From IMG/VR virus record IMGVR_UViG_3300020200_002792: DNA of 64,000 bases; one strand, 5' to 3'. The notes below the pieces were generated by a model. That model had not been told where the DNA came from. It did not search any database and saw only the letters and a list, made by a program, of their open reading frames with translations. Made by a program: the position numbers and the translations under genes. This document shows positions 39,401 through 48,435 of the stretch, in pieces. Each line of letters begins with the position of its first letter. Position 1 is the stretch's first letter. Source of the DNA: a virus. Lineage: Duplodnaviria > Heunggongvirae > Uroviricota > Caudoviricetes.

Positions 39401-40516
39401 CTATTTCAGCCATTTCGGGATATAAGTTGAAGGACTTACCCAAATTAATTCTTCTTCTGCTCTAGATGCAGCAGTATAATTCCATCGCTTCATATCCCAC
39501 AAATCACAGTTTTGCTCATAAACCATTACCTTTGGGCATTGACTACCTTGAAATTTATGACACGTAATAGCATAAGCATAATCAAAAGGATGTGGTGTAT
39601 CTCTGCCAAATTCAAATTGATTCTTTTCTTTGCCCCACTGATTTCCATTAAATTTTACATCACAATAATACAAATCATCTGCAATAAAACTAATTTTTTT
39701 CTTTTTCAAATCAACTTTATCAACTATTCCTTGTAACCCATTAAACAAACCAAAAGGTTTACTATTTCTAAGGCATATAATTCTATCACCTTTTTCTACT
39801 AATTCCTTTTTACCTAAAAAATTTCTGACATTATTGTTTATTTCTACTCTGGTTCTATTAAAACCACAAATAATTTGATCAACTTCTGCTTGCATTTTAT
39901 CAGTGACAGATGAAGAAGCAACAAACTTAACCTTATCACCCCCTTTAAACTTAGTTGGTTTTCCTCCCTTACGGATATGATCTGCAAAAAAAGCAATTTC
40001 TCCAGCATTTCTATGAATAGTTTCCAATTTAAACATAGGATTAGCCATTACATTAATATCCTTGCCAATAGGCTCAAGCTGGCCATGATCACCTATAAAT
40101 ATAATTGGCAAAGAAAAAGAAAGAAGATCACCATAAAGGTCTTCACTCAACATACTAGATTCATCGACAAGAAAACCATCTATAAACAATTCATTTCTCT
40201 GTTTTAAAACAAATTCCAAGGTGCCTTCGTCATCTTTGAATGGTTTATAAATAAGACTATGAATTGTAGAAGAATCTAATCCCTTCTTCCTAAGAACTTG
40301 TGCGGCTTTTCCTGTATAAGCACATATTGCATAAGAAGGAAGAATCTGAGATAAAGTTGCAAGGCATGTGCTTTTGCCACACCCCGCTGCGCCGCCTAAA
40401 CTAATAATTTGTTCATTGCCTTTTTTTAAAGCATTAATTATTCCTGAAACAACTATTTTTTGTTCATGCGTCAATATTATCATGTTTAATGTATTTTTCG
40501 ACAAAAAGATTTTCAT
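39401..40516 (-). CDS. SF1B DNA helicase, Dda/RecD-like
   Basis: Walker A GGAAGCGKST; GDHGQLEPIG (motif III/IV region); YAITCHKFQGSQ (motif VI). Confidence 0.65.
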   Translation of the reverse strand: MKIFLSKNTLNMIILTHEQKIVVSGIINALKKGNEQIISLGGAAGCGKSTCLATLSQILPSYAICAYTGKAAQVLRKKGLDSSTIHSLIYKPFKDDEGTLEFVLKQRNELFIDGFLVDESSMLSEDLYGDLLSFSLPIIFIGDHGQLEPIGKDINVMANPMFKLETIHRNAGEIAFFADHIRKGGKPTKFKGGDKVKFVASSSVTDKMQAEVDQIICGFNRTRVEINNNVRNFLGKKELVEKGDRIICLRNSKPFGLFNGLQGIVDKVDLKKKKISFIADDLYYCDVKFNGNQWGKEKNQFEFGRDTPHPFDYAYAITCHKFQGSQCPKVMVYEQNCDLWDMKRWNYTAASRAEEELIWVSPSTYIPKWLK

Positions 40517-41306
40517 AACGTTCAGTAAATTTAATAACGCCTGACTTTCTTAACAGTGCTATCTCACGATCAGATAACAATGCATGATCTTTTAATTGAT
40601 ATATTAAATTATTTTCTTCACAATATTTACACGCTGCTTCTTTTTTAAGTTTAACAATTTTTGATTTATGAAGTTTAATTGGTTTGATTTCAATTAAATA
40701 TTTTTTGTTTACTAAAAAATCAGGACTATATGTTCTTTCCTTCCCATCCCAATTAACATATTTTATTTTTATCCTTTCAGCACTCTCCCAATTACTGTCG
40801 CTTTCATCCAAATAAATCATATAAGACAATTCTCTTAAACTTCTAAAGAAAATGTTTTTATACCACCCACTCCATCCATTGCCAGCCCCTTGAGGAGTTG
40901 GTTTACCATACATCGGATTATTTGATCCGCTTGAATTCTTACGTTGTTTTTCTTTAAAAGATTCCATTAATTCATTAGCTCTTATTTCTCCATATTTCTT
41001 AACCCACACTTCGTAAACAGTTTTGCCATACATCGCATTGTTTGACCCGCTAGAAAGTGCAGACATTTTTTTCTTATAAGAATCTGTTTGTGTAAAAGAA
41101 ACATCTCTATTCTTTGAAATCTTCTCCTTAGTTGCTTTTGAATGTTTTTTTCCGTAAAATGGATTTTTTTCACCTACCCAATTTAAATTTTTAACAGTAC
41201 AAGAACAACATAGACTATTTTTAGACAAAGCATACGAACAACCATATTTGCTTGCATACTCTAAAACTTTATTACATTGAGGGCAATTTCTTTTATATTG
41301 AACCAT
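40464..41306 (-). CDS. homing-endonuclease-like protein: N-terminal zinc ribbon, three NUMOD3 repeats, C-terminal PD-(D/E)xK nuclease domain
   Basis: CPQCNK...CCSC; NPFYGKKHSKATKEKIS, NAMYGKT, NPMYGKP (NUMOD3); YSPDFLV...YLIEIKP (D...E.K). Confidence 0.5.
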   Translation of the reverse strand: MVQYKRNCPQCNKVLEYASKYGCSYALSKNSLCCSCTVKNLNWVGEKNPFYGKKHSKATKEKISKNRDVSFTQTDSYKKKMSALSSGSNNAMYGKTVYEVWVKKYGEIRANELMESFKEKQRKNSSGSNNPMYGKPTPQGAGNGWSGWYKNIFFRSLRELSYMIYLDESDSNWESAERIKIKYVNWDGKERTYSPDFLVNKKYLIEIKPIKLHKSKIVKLKKEAACKYCEENNLIYQLKDHALLSDREIALLRKSGVIKFTERYENLFVEKYIKHDNIDA

Positions 41307-41334
41307 ACTTTAAAACAGTAAGGTTCCGACATAT

Positions 41335-44300
41335 TCAGCAAACAAGTTCATGTTCGCTCCTCAAAACACAAAGCCTAATATCATCTTCTTTACGTTTGGC
41401 TACCTTATGTCTTTCCCATTTAGGAGGACTTTCAAAAGTAAATCTCCTAAAGCCACCTGACGGCCCCTTTAACCTCATCCTTAACAACTTGCCTGGAATT
41501 ATTTCTTCTTTAAATCTTTCAAAGTCTTCTTTCCATACCTGAATCTGTTGCATTTCGCTATTTGCATCCTCTGCTTCGACTAACCAATATGTGTTGTTTT
41601 TCTTAGACATCATGCTCTTGACAGTCAAAATCCTTAATTCAACAGGATTATTTTCCTCTATACATACTTTAAAATCTTCAAATGTCATCCCACCACAATA
41701 GTCAGGACTCTTAGAAAGAGGATGATCCCATAAAAACCCATAATAAGCAAGTTGGGATGCTTCTAAAGATTCATAGTTTTCAAGAATCTTGTCAGCTATT
41801 TCATATTCTTCAGAAACAAAAGGTTTTTCTTCCAAACCAGTCTTAGAAGTTTCCAATCCTCTATAATAATTCTTTAAAACTGTCAAACCTTTCTTCAAAC
41901 TGTTCTTCATACAATAATCATAAATTTCCTTATTGTTATCTGGAAAATGCCATAACTCCTCTGGGACGATTGCCTCAATTTGTTCCTTCAATTCCTTTTG
42001 TCTTCTAATCCACCGCCTTCTTTTTTCATCAATTCTCTTCCTAGACTTCTTAACCCATTCAGCATACTTCAATAAATGGACAACATCTTCGCCAAAAATT
42101 CTAAGACCAATCAAAGGTTTAAGAACTGCCGTATCCGTACCAAATTTATTCAAAAAGTCATCAAAATCATTATAGGGTTGGTTATCTACTACCCTTTGGA
42201 CTACAGCATCTCCAATCCCAACAATATTAGAAATTCCATAATATATTTCTTCATCAACAATAGCTGCTTTAGCTTTAGATTTGCTAATATCGATTGGATT
42301 TACCTTGATATTATGCAATTCAGCTTCCATTTTGTATTCTTTGAGTTTGTCAACCTTATCTTCACAAACAAGACTAGATGTATAAAACTCAATTGGATAA
42401 TGAGCTTTAAAATAAAGAAGCCGCATAGCAATAACACAGTAACCGCAAGAATGACTATTATGGACTAGAATGCCATTAGCAATATAATTATGATTATTTT
42501 TAATACAAATATCATAAGTTTTATCTTTGCCGCATTTCTTAATTGATTTTACTTGCGTCCAAAAAATATTACTGTTAACTATTTTCAATAATTCAACATG
42601 CTTAAAAGTTTTAGCAATTATTTCAATAGTTTTTCTTAAAAAAGACTTCTTGTTTTTATCTTTCAAAAGAATTCTATGAGTCAGTCCACATTTATCTAAG
42701 CAATATCTGCCATACGACTTTCTAATTTCAAGGAGATAAGGCATTACAAGATTATATGGCAGCATATCACGTTCGTTACAGAAGATACTATATTTATAGA
42801 GAAAACTTTGATCACATTTTTTAGAACACATATATTTGCCTATACTTTTAGCAAATCTTTCCCTCCAATTATACCCTCCAACTTTAACTATATAACCTAT
42901 TTTTCTCATTCCCCGATAATTAAAAAATTTCTTATTTAACACAGAAACAAAACCTATTCTGAGCAAAAGTTCTTGCACTTGCTCTGCTAATTTCAAAGAA
43001 GATGTGGCATAGTAAGTGTTGCTTCTATCTACACATCCATCCCCTTCCCACATTCGTCCAAGCAATAACATGATTTGCTTAGAAGATAATTGAAAAACCC
43101 AATCAGGTAAAAATTTTTGAGGAGCTTTTTTCCAACACAAATCATTTTTCCTGGCCCATTGCAACAAATTAGTGGGAACATATTTTTTATAACTTCCAGA
43201 ATGGCCTGAATTAATACAGATTACCCACTTATCTTTGTAGTATTGCTTAGTAATATGAGACTTTCCAAATTTCTTAGCTGCCTTTACAAAATCATCAACA
43301 TAAAATTCATCTTGATTAAAAAAATACAAAGAACTAGGATGACAGGTATTACCTTCTGTAATTAAACCAGCTAAAACTATCAGTTCATGACTTTCAACTT
43401 TATGAGTGGCTACACAATCTCTTTTGGAAGGTAAAGCTACCCAATCACCAAGCTTCAAATCACTTAAAGGAATCCATCCTATATCAGTTAAAAATTTATG
43501 TTTTTCTGTACATTTAATAGCATGGTGAGATTTAGTGATTAATTCAAAAATTGATTTTTCACCATTATCAAAAACATCTTCTATAACAGATATTTCAAAT
43601 TTGCCATTCTTATCTAAAGAACCAGTCTTCATTCCCTTTTTAGCTTCACGGACCTTAAATGGTATTCCAAATTCATCGTATAAAACAGAATCGCCATGCA
43701 AGCACTTGTTGAAGCTGTACCCACTAAATGCCTCTATTTGAGTCCAAAATTCATTCATCTTTTCCAAACTATATCCCAATCGTTTCATGCCATTCTCAAT
43801 GAAACGATTTTTATAAGTCTGGAATAAATCAAGCCTCTTTTTGGATATAGCTTTTCTGACAATCTCACAATCTTTTAATGGCACATCACCTATTTGATTC
43901 AATATTCGCATGATTTGTTCTTGATAGATCATACAACCATAAGTTTCTCCCAAAATAGGTTTCAAAAGAGGATGAAGTCCATAAGCTTCACCCTTTTTTC
44001 TTTTTATATAAACTTCTGATTGTGCAATGGCCCCTGGACGATAAACGCTAAGATACGCCATCAAATCATTGAACCCATCAACACCGCCTTTTTTAACCAA
44101 TTGTCTCATGCCTTCGCTATCAAACTGAAATATGCCTCTTAAATCTGCTTTATTTGCCATTTCAATCGATTTAGGAGCATTCAAATAAGAAGTATCTGAC
44201 CAATCTTTCTTTCCAGGCTTTGCACAAATACTAGTTAAACCATGTCTATCTTTTACTAATTTTTTAGCTATAGCTATTTGTTTTAAATTAGACAAAGACA

Positions 44301-45048
44301 ACAAATCAAACTTAACCAAACCAACAGGCCCTAAATCCTGACCATGTAAACCTTCCACCCAAGCTGTACAAGGCAAATCATCTTTGTCTTTAACCAATGG
44401 GACAAAATTATTGATAGGTTTGCTGGATATAATTAATCCTCCAGCATGCTTACCCATACTATTGTTTCTATGCAAAAGCTTTTTAGCCGCTGTTGCTACT
44501 TCTGGATGATCCTCACAATACTTCTTCATTTCTGGAAATAACTCAACAGCTTTATCCCAGGTTAATGTTTTGCCTTCATCGTCCTTTAAACCCAATTTTT
44601 TAGTTACAGCCGTTACTTCATCTTTATCACAACTATACACTCTGGCCATATTTTGAAGTGCTGATTTAATGCCGAAAGTGTTATAGCTACCAATATTGGC
44701 TACAAATTCTTGGCCATAAAATTTTGGTGCCCAGATGTTCTTCAGATAATCTCGAACTTCTGGAAGAAAGTCGCAGTCCGAATCAGGCATGTCACCGTAA
44801 ACGTAGGTAGGCTCTTTGTCTATCTCTAAATCGTCTACTATGCCTAAAAGATATGGGATTAAGAGGTTTTTTTGATTATAAGGATATCTGATTTGCTTTT
44901 TGTGTAAATCTAGAAAATAATCATGCTTGTTTTGAGCATCTATTTCTTTTAATTCCAGGGCTAATCTCTTAGTATACTTCTCTTCTTTAAGCCCTTTACT
45001 TTCTAACCTAGCATTTAGAATTATAATCAATTCATCTTTAGCTTCCAT
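41335..45048 (-). CDS. dnaE: DNA polymerase III alpha (DnaE), C-terminal part; contains an intein. DnaE-homologous start is Met87 (44788..44790); aa 1-86 are a degenerate duplicate of an N-half segment
   Basis: MGKHAGGLIISS (AGKHAGGVVIAP), GLVKFDLLSLSNL (GLVKFDFLGLRTL), GIFQFDSEGMRQL...YRPGA (GVFQLESRGMKDL...FRPGP), FSGYSFNK[intein]SHSCGYCVIAMRLLYFKAHYPIEF ([32 protein letters not shown]). MPDSDCDF matches MPDFDVDF. Confidence 0.85.
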   Translation of the reverse strand: MEAKDELIIILNARLESKGLKEEKYTKRLALELKEIDAQNKHDYFLDLHKKQIRYPYNQKNLLIPYLLGIVDDLEIDKEPTYVYGDMPDSDCDFLPEVRDYLKNIWAPKFYGQEFVANIGSYNTFGIKSALQNMARVYSCDKDEVTAVTKKLGLKDDEGKTLTWDKAVELFPEMKKYCEDHPEVATAAKKLLHRNNSMGKHAGGLIISSKPINNFVPLVKDKDDLPCTAWVEGLHGQDLGPVGLVKFDLLSLSNLKQIAIAKKLVKDRHGLTSICAKPGKKDWSDTSYLNAPKSIEMANKADLRGIFQFDSEGMRQLVKKGGVDGFNDLMAYLSVYRPGAIAQSEVYIKRKKGEAYGLHPLLKPILGETYGCMIYQEQIMRILNQIGDVPLKDCEIVRKAISKKRLDLFQTYKNRFIENGMKRLGYSLEKMNEFWTQIEAFSGYSFNKCLHGDSVLYDEFGIPFKVREAKKGMKTGSLDKNGKFEISVIEDVFDNGEKSIFELITKSHHAIKCTEKHKFLTDIGWIPLSDLKLGDWVALPSKRDCVATHKVESHELIVLAGLITEGNTCHPSSLYFFNQDEFYVDDFVKAAKKFGKSHITKQYYKDKWVICINSGHSGSYKKYVPTNLLQWARKNDLCWKKAPQKFLPDWVFQLSSKQIMLLLGRMWEGDGCVDRSNTYYATSSLKLAEQVQELLLRIGFVSVLNKKFFNYRGMRKIGYIVKVGGYNWRERFAKSIGKYMCSKKCDQSFLYKYSIFCNERDMLPYNLVMPYLLEIRKSYGRYCLDKCGLTHRILLKDKNKKSFLRKTIEIIAKTFKHVELLKIVNSNIFWTQVKSIKKCGKDKTYDICIKNNHNYIANGILVHNSHSCGYCVIAMRLLYFKAHYPIEFYTSSLVCEDKVDKLKEYKMEAELHNIKVNPIDISKSKAKAAIVDEEIYYGISNIVGIGDAVVQRVVDNQPYNDFDDFLNKFGTDTAVLKPLIGLRIFGEDVVHLLKYAEWVKKSRKRIDEKRRRWIRRQKELKEQIEAIVPEELWHFPDNNKEIYDYCMKNSLKKGLTVLKNYYRGLETSKTGLEEKPFVSEEYEIADKILENYESLEASQLAYYGFLWDHPLSKSPDYCGGMTFEDFKVCIEENNPVELRILTVKSMMSKKNNTYWLVEAEDANSEMQQIQVWKEDFERFKEEIIPGKLLRMRLKGPSGGFRRFTFESPPKWERHKVAKRKEDDIRLCVLRSEHELVC
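42457..43704 (-). mobile_element. LAGLIDADG intein in DnaE at the GYGFNK/SHS site (416 aa)
   Basis: Starts CLHGDSVLYD, ends ILVHN followed by S. LAGLIDADG blocks ELIVLAGLITEGNT and LLLGRMWEGDGCV. Junction codons checked against the DNA. Confidence 0.8.
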
Positions 45049-45075
45049 CCATCATTTATATCGTTTACTTAATTT

Positions 45076-45279
45076 TCAGTCAATACTAAATAGACCCCCA
45101 ATAGAATTTGGATAAGCACTTAAATCATCCCCCTGATACTCGCTAACTCTCACAACAGACAACCATTTATTGCTTTTCATATATTTATTCGCTTCTTCCT
45201 CATCAATAAAAACCTTAGTTAAAAACCAAGGAGAAAAAAGCCCACCATAATCATCTTCATAAATTAAGTAGACTTTCAT
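45076..45279 (-). CDS. hypothetical small protein
   Basis: 67 aa, overlaps the upstream gene stop. Confidence 0.3.
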   Translation of the reverse strand: MKVYLIYEDDYGGLFSPWFLTKVFIDEEEANKYMKSNKWLSVVRVSEYQGDDLSAYPNSIGGLFSID

Positions 45280-47345
45280 TTGAATCCCATTGACCTTTCT
45301 ATATCCTGGTCAGAAGAAATGTATTCCTTCATTGAAGACAAAGTAAAAATAGCATCTTCGTATTCATCACCAAGGATTATAACGGCAACAAACAATTCTT
45401 TCAAATGTGCAATACTAAATCCATTCGTATCTTCAATCCATTTAGAAAGAGGAACTTTTAATTCTTTTACTTTATCACCCATCAAATATTCAAAATACAA
45501 TTTTCTACTTTCTTCATTTGGATGACCTATCTTGAACCTCTTATCAAACCTGCTTGGCCTATTAATGACTCTTGGACCTAATTCTTCTGGATAATTAGTA
45601 GTTGCCAAGAATACGCACTTGTGGACACATTCAACACCATCCAATATATTCAAAACACCAGATTCATCACCATAATTATGCATTATCGCATCTAAATCTT
45701 CCATCAAAACTACAACAGGTGTTTCTGGCTGAATTGTTCTGAATATTCTCATGCCTTCTATGAAAATATGAGGATGACAAAATTTAACTACTATGCCGCC
45801 TCTTTCAACCACATCTTTCATAATAAGTTGAATAGAACTCGATTTACCACTATTATGATGAACAATATAATCAGAAGTTAAATATAAATGATCACCCGAA
45901 ATTGTAAACCCATAAAACTTCCCTTTGCCAAGAGATTCAATTTTTCTAATGCCTGTTCTTAACGGGTCTTTATTAGGCATTCCAACTAGTGCTTTTTTTC
46001 TTGCAAGTTTTACAGGAATTCTAGAAATATCACCAAATATGTTAAGCCGCCAATAATCTCCTTCAAAGTCTATTTCTTTAATTCCTTTTTTTACTTTTTT
46101 AATTGTCACACCAAAACCAAGACTTCTAGCCAATTCAACTATCTGCCAAGCCAACCTTTCTCTTTTCTGAATAATTTCAAAATAATCTTTATAACCTTTT
46201 TTCTTAAATTTAGCACTTTTCCTCCAGGTAGCAACACAATAACCTCCATCAGTATCAACTAACCCTGCCAATAAACCTAGCCTTTGCTGCACTGAAGAAT
46301 ACATATAATTATCTGGGATGTGCTTATCCTCCAATACATTTAAATTTCTTAATTCATTTAAAACATAATTGCCGCCTTTTGATCCATCGCCAACTATATT
46401 CAAAGCCCAACAAATAGAATCTGTTTTACGCCTTTCTGTTAAAGATAGTCCAAAACAAAATGCATATTTTCTCAAATATTCTTTTATTTCCTGGTCAGCA
46501 GAATTAACCTCAGTTTTACCTTCAGAACCATCACCCAGCCAAACTCCTAAAAAATAAGGTTCCAATGGCAATTCTTGTTTTTTTTCAAAATTCACTCCAA
46601 TTCTGTACAACTTAAACGACCATTGAGAGCATTTGGTCAAATTCATATAATCATTTAATTTAATATTCATTACAGGAGGAAATCTCAATTCAACGCTACT
46701 AGTTCTTCTTAAACTTAAAACATGATTGCCATTTACTACAAAAGGTTCTCCCTTATTAGGATATACTCTGTACATTTCATCGATACCATGCCTTAATTCT
46801 AATACCCTACGTGGCTTAGAATCAGGCCCCATAAGTAAATCACCAACTTCTACGTCTTCTACTTTCTTAGTTTTCCCATCAAACATTCTAATCAATGTGC
46901 CTTTTCCATGACACCCAGCAGGGCCGTATAATATCACGCCCCTTTTGTATGCTAAACCAAATTCTTTAAATACCGCTTCCTTATCCCAGAATTTTTTAAT
47001 CTCATCAACAACCTTTTCTGAATTAGTTTGAGGAAATCTAATAAGACCTTCAGTTTTTACTGGAACTTTTTCAAAATATATACCAACTCCAGGAGCTTGA
47101 AGAATGTCATAAACTCCAGGAATAAGCTTATCTATTGTGTGACTAGCAGGTATGAAAGTTCTTTTGTCAGAAGTAGTCCATTGAACTAAATTGCCAAGCT
47201 TAACTTGTTGTTCTTCTTTTTCTTCTGACATATCACTACCACGACAAGAAGTAGCATATGCTTTATTGTAAGGTTTATATGCTGGTTCTTTTTCTGCCGC
47301 ACTTTTTAATAACTCAATTAACTCACTATCTTCTTCTCTTGACAT
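45276..47345 (-). CDS. classic-clade AAA ATPase with an intein in the Walker A loop
   Basis: Extein reads VILYGPAG[intein]SGKSSSIQ (Walker A), then VVVLMEDLD (Walker B) and second region of homology ATTNYPEELGPRVINRPSRFDKRF. Confidence 0.7.
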   Translation of the reverse strand: MSREEDSELIELLKSAAEKEPAYKPYNKAYATSCRGSDMSEEKEEQQVKLGNLVQWTTSDKRTFIPASHTIDKLIPGVYDILQAPGVGIYFEKVPVKTEGLIRFPQTNSEKVVDEIKKFWDKEAVFKEFGLAYKRGVILYGPAGCHGKGTLIRMFDGKTKKVEDVEVGDLLMGPDSKPRRVLELRHGIDEMYRVYPNKGEPFVVNGNHVLSLRRTSSVELRFPPVMNIKLNDYMNLTKCSQWSFKLYRIGVNFEKKQELPLEPYFLGVWLGDGSEGKTEVNSADQEIKEYLRKYAFCFGLSLTERRKTDSICWALNIVGDGSKGGNYVLNELRNLNVLEDKHIPDNYMYSSVQQRLGLLAGLVDTDGGYCVATWRKSAKFKKKGYKDYFEIIQKRERLAWQIVELARSLGFGVTIKKVKKGIKEIDFEGDYWRLNIFGDISRIPVKLARKKALVGMPNKDPLRTGIRKIESLGKGKFYGFTISGDHLYLTSDYIVHHNSGKSSSIQLIMKDVVERGGIVVKFCHPHIFIEGMRIFRTIQPETPVVVLMEDLDAIMHNYGDESGVLNILDGVECVHKCVFLATTNYPEELGPRVINRPSRFDKRFKIGHPNEESRKLYFEYLMGDKVKELKVPLSKWIEDTNGFSIAHLKELFVAVIILGDEYEDAIFTLSSMKEYISSDQDIERSMGFK
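45852..46913 (-). mobile_element. LAGLIDADG intein in the P-loop of the AAA ATPase (354 aa; coordinates from codon arithmetic)
   Basis: Starts CHGKGTLIRMFDG, ends YIVHHN followed by SGKS. LAGLIDADG blocks YFLGVWLGDGSEG and LGLLAGLVDTDGGY. Confidence 0.7.
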
Positions 47346-47442
47346 TAAAAAACTCCATCCGATTATAGATGGAGTATAAGAAATAAAAATAATTATTACA
47401 AGGCCAAAAAATAACCCCAGCTTTTTATGGCTAGGGTTATTG

Positions 47443-48036
47443 CTAAGGGAAAGTCAAATAACTTGAAACTGCTTTACAAAACTCAACCAAATTATTCTCA
47501 GGCCATTCAAATTTGGCAAGTTGTGCTATTAAAGCTACAAACTGAATATTGCCTTTTATATAACCTTTACCACTATCTATCCTATCTAAACTTGCCCTGT
47601 CGGGAGTGCGTGGTAATTTTGAACCAATAGTAGGCAAATTTTTAAGTTGCCATCCAGTATACGGGCAAACACCTTTTTGTTTTTCCCACTGTTCTTTAAG
47701 ATCAATTAATGTAACGCCACATTCTTTATTATTTCTTCTTATAATGTTTCGATAATGCCAACGAAAAGGCGAATATTCATCTGGTGTCCGTACTTTTAAA
47801 TTTTCAGGTCTACCACCACCTAAATGTTTATAATTATCCTTTCCTGCACATCTAAGAGAACAATAAATTTTCCTGCCTAGCTTTTCATTTCTTGATAGCT
47901 CACCAACTTCTCTTAAAAATGTTTTACCACAAATAAAACACTGAACTTCTTTTTTCATAAAAACCTCCATTATAACATAGTAAGTTATAATGGAGGTTGT
48001 CGAAATTTTATTGGAGGCGTTGGGGATTGAACCCAA
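47443..48036 (-). CDS. HNH_3-type homing endonuclease, paralog of 32654..33244; true start probably an internal Met near 47955
   Basis: CFICGK...CSLRCAG...GVCPYTG...ASLDRIDSGKGYIKGNIQFV...N. The N-terminal 25 codons of the ORF overlap the tmRNA 3' end. Confidence 0.55.
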   Translation of the reverse strand: MGSIPNASNKISTTSIITYYVIMEVFMKKEVQCFICGKTFLREVGELSRNEKLGRKIYCSLRCAGKDNYKHLGGGRPENLKVRTPDEYSPFRWHYRNIIRRNNKECGVTLIDLKEQWEKQKGVCPYTGWQLKNLPTIGSKLPRTPDRASLDRIDSGKGYIKGNIQFVALIAQLAKFEWPENNLVEFCKAVSSYLTFP

Positions 48037-48362
48037 GTGAACGTGTAATGATGATTAAGCCTCTACATGCTTATCTCCTTGTTCATTACAGTTTTAGAAC
48101 TACAAAGAGCAAAAGTCCACAAACTGTTACGACATATTTTCTCATCTAAAAGCAAGTCGTCCGCTAATAGACCAGCTAGATTTTACATCAGGCTTTTGGA
48201 CGCATCCAGCATTAGCTTCCTGAGCCTGTTGGCCGACTTAAGCAGCCAAAGAGTAAGAAACTTCCTCAATTAAGAGTAATCGCATTTTATACTGGCCTTG
48301 CGATTAACCAGTGCATGCCACATTAACCACGCAACTTACCGTTTCGAAACCAATTCGCCCCC
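48012..48362 (-). ncRNA. ssrA: tmRNA (ssrA), ~351 nt; ends approximate
   Basis: RC reads 5' GGGGGCGAAUUGGUUUCGAAACGG...GUGGCAUGCACUGG (cf. E. coli GGGGCUGAUUCUGGAUUCGACGGG...GUGCAUGCCGAGG) and ends ...CUUGGGUUCAAUCCCCAACGCCUCCA (T-arm plus 7-bp acceptor pairing with the 5' end, discriminator A). Internal tag frame ...GAG GAA GUU UCU UAC UCU UUG GCU GCU UAA = EEVSYSLAA-stop (E. coli ends YALAA). Confidence 0.65.
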
Positions 48363-48435
48363 GATTTGTCAAAGACCTACTAATCTATTTATTCTATAGT
48401 AAAAAGTTTTAAAATCAAGCCCCCTATATAGAAAT

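Noticed and set aside
48012-48040. Stand-alone tRNA suggested by a GGGTTCAATCC T-arm and acceptor 3' strand
   Set aside because: It is the 3' tRNA-like domain of the tmRNA. The partner acceptor strand lies ~340 nt upstream, with a tag reading frame between.
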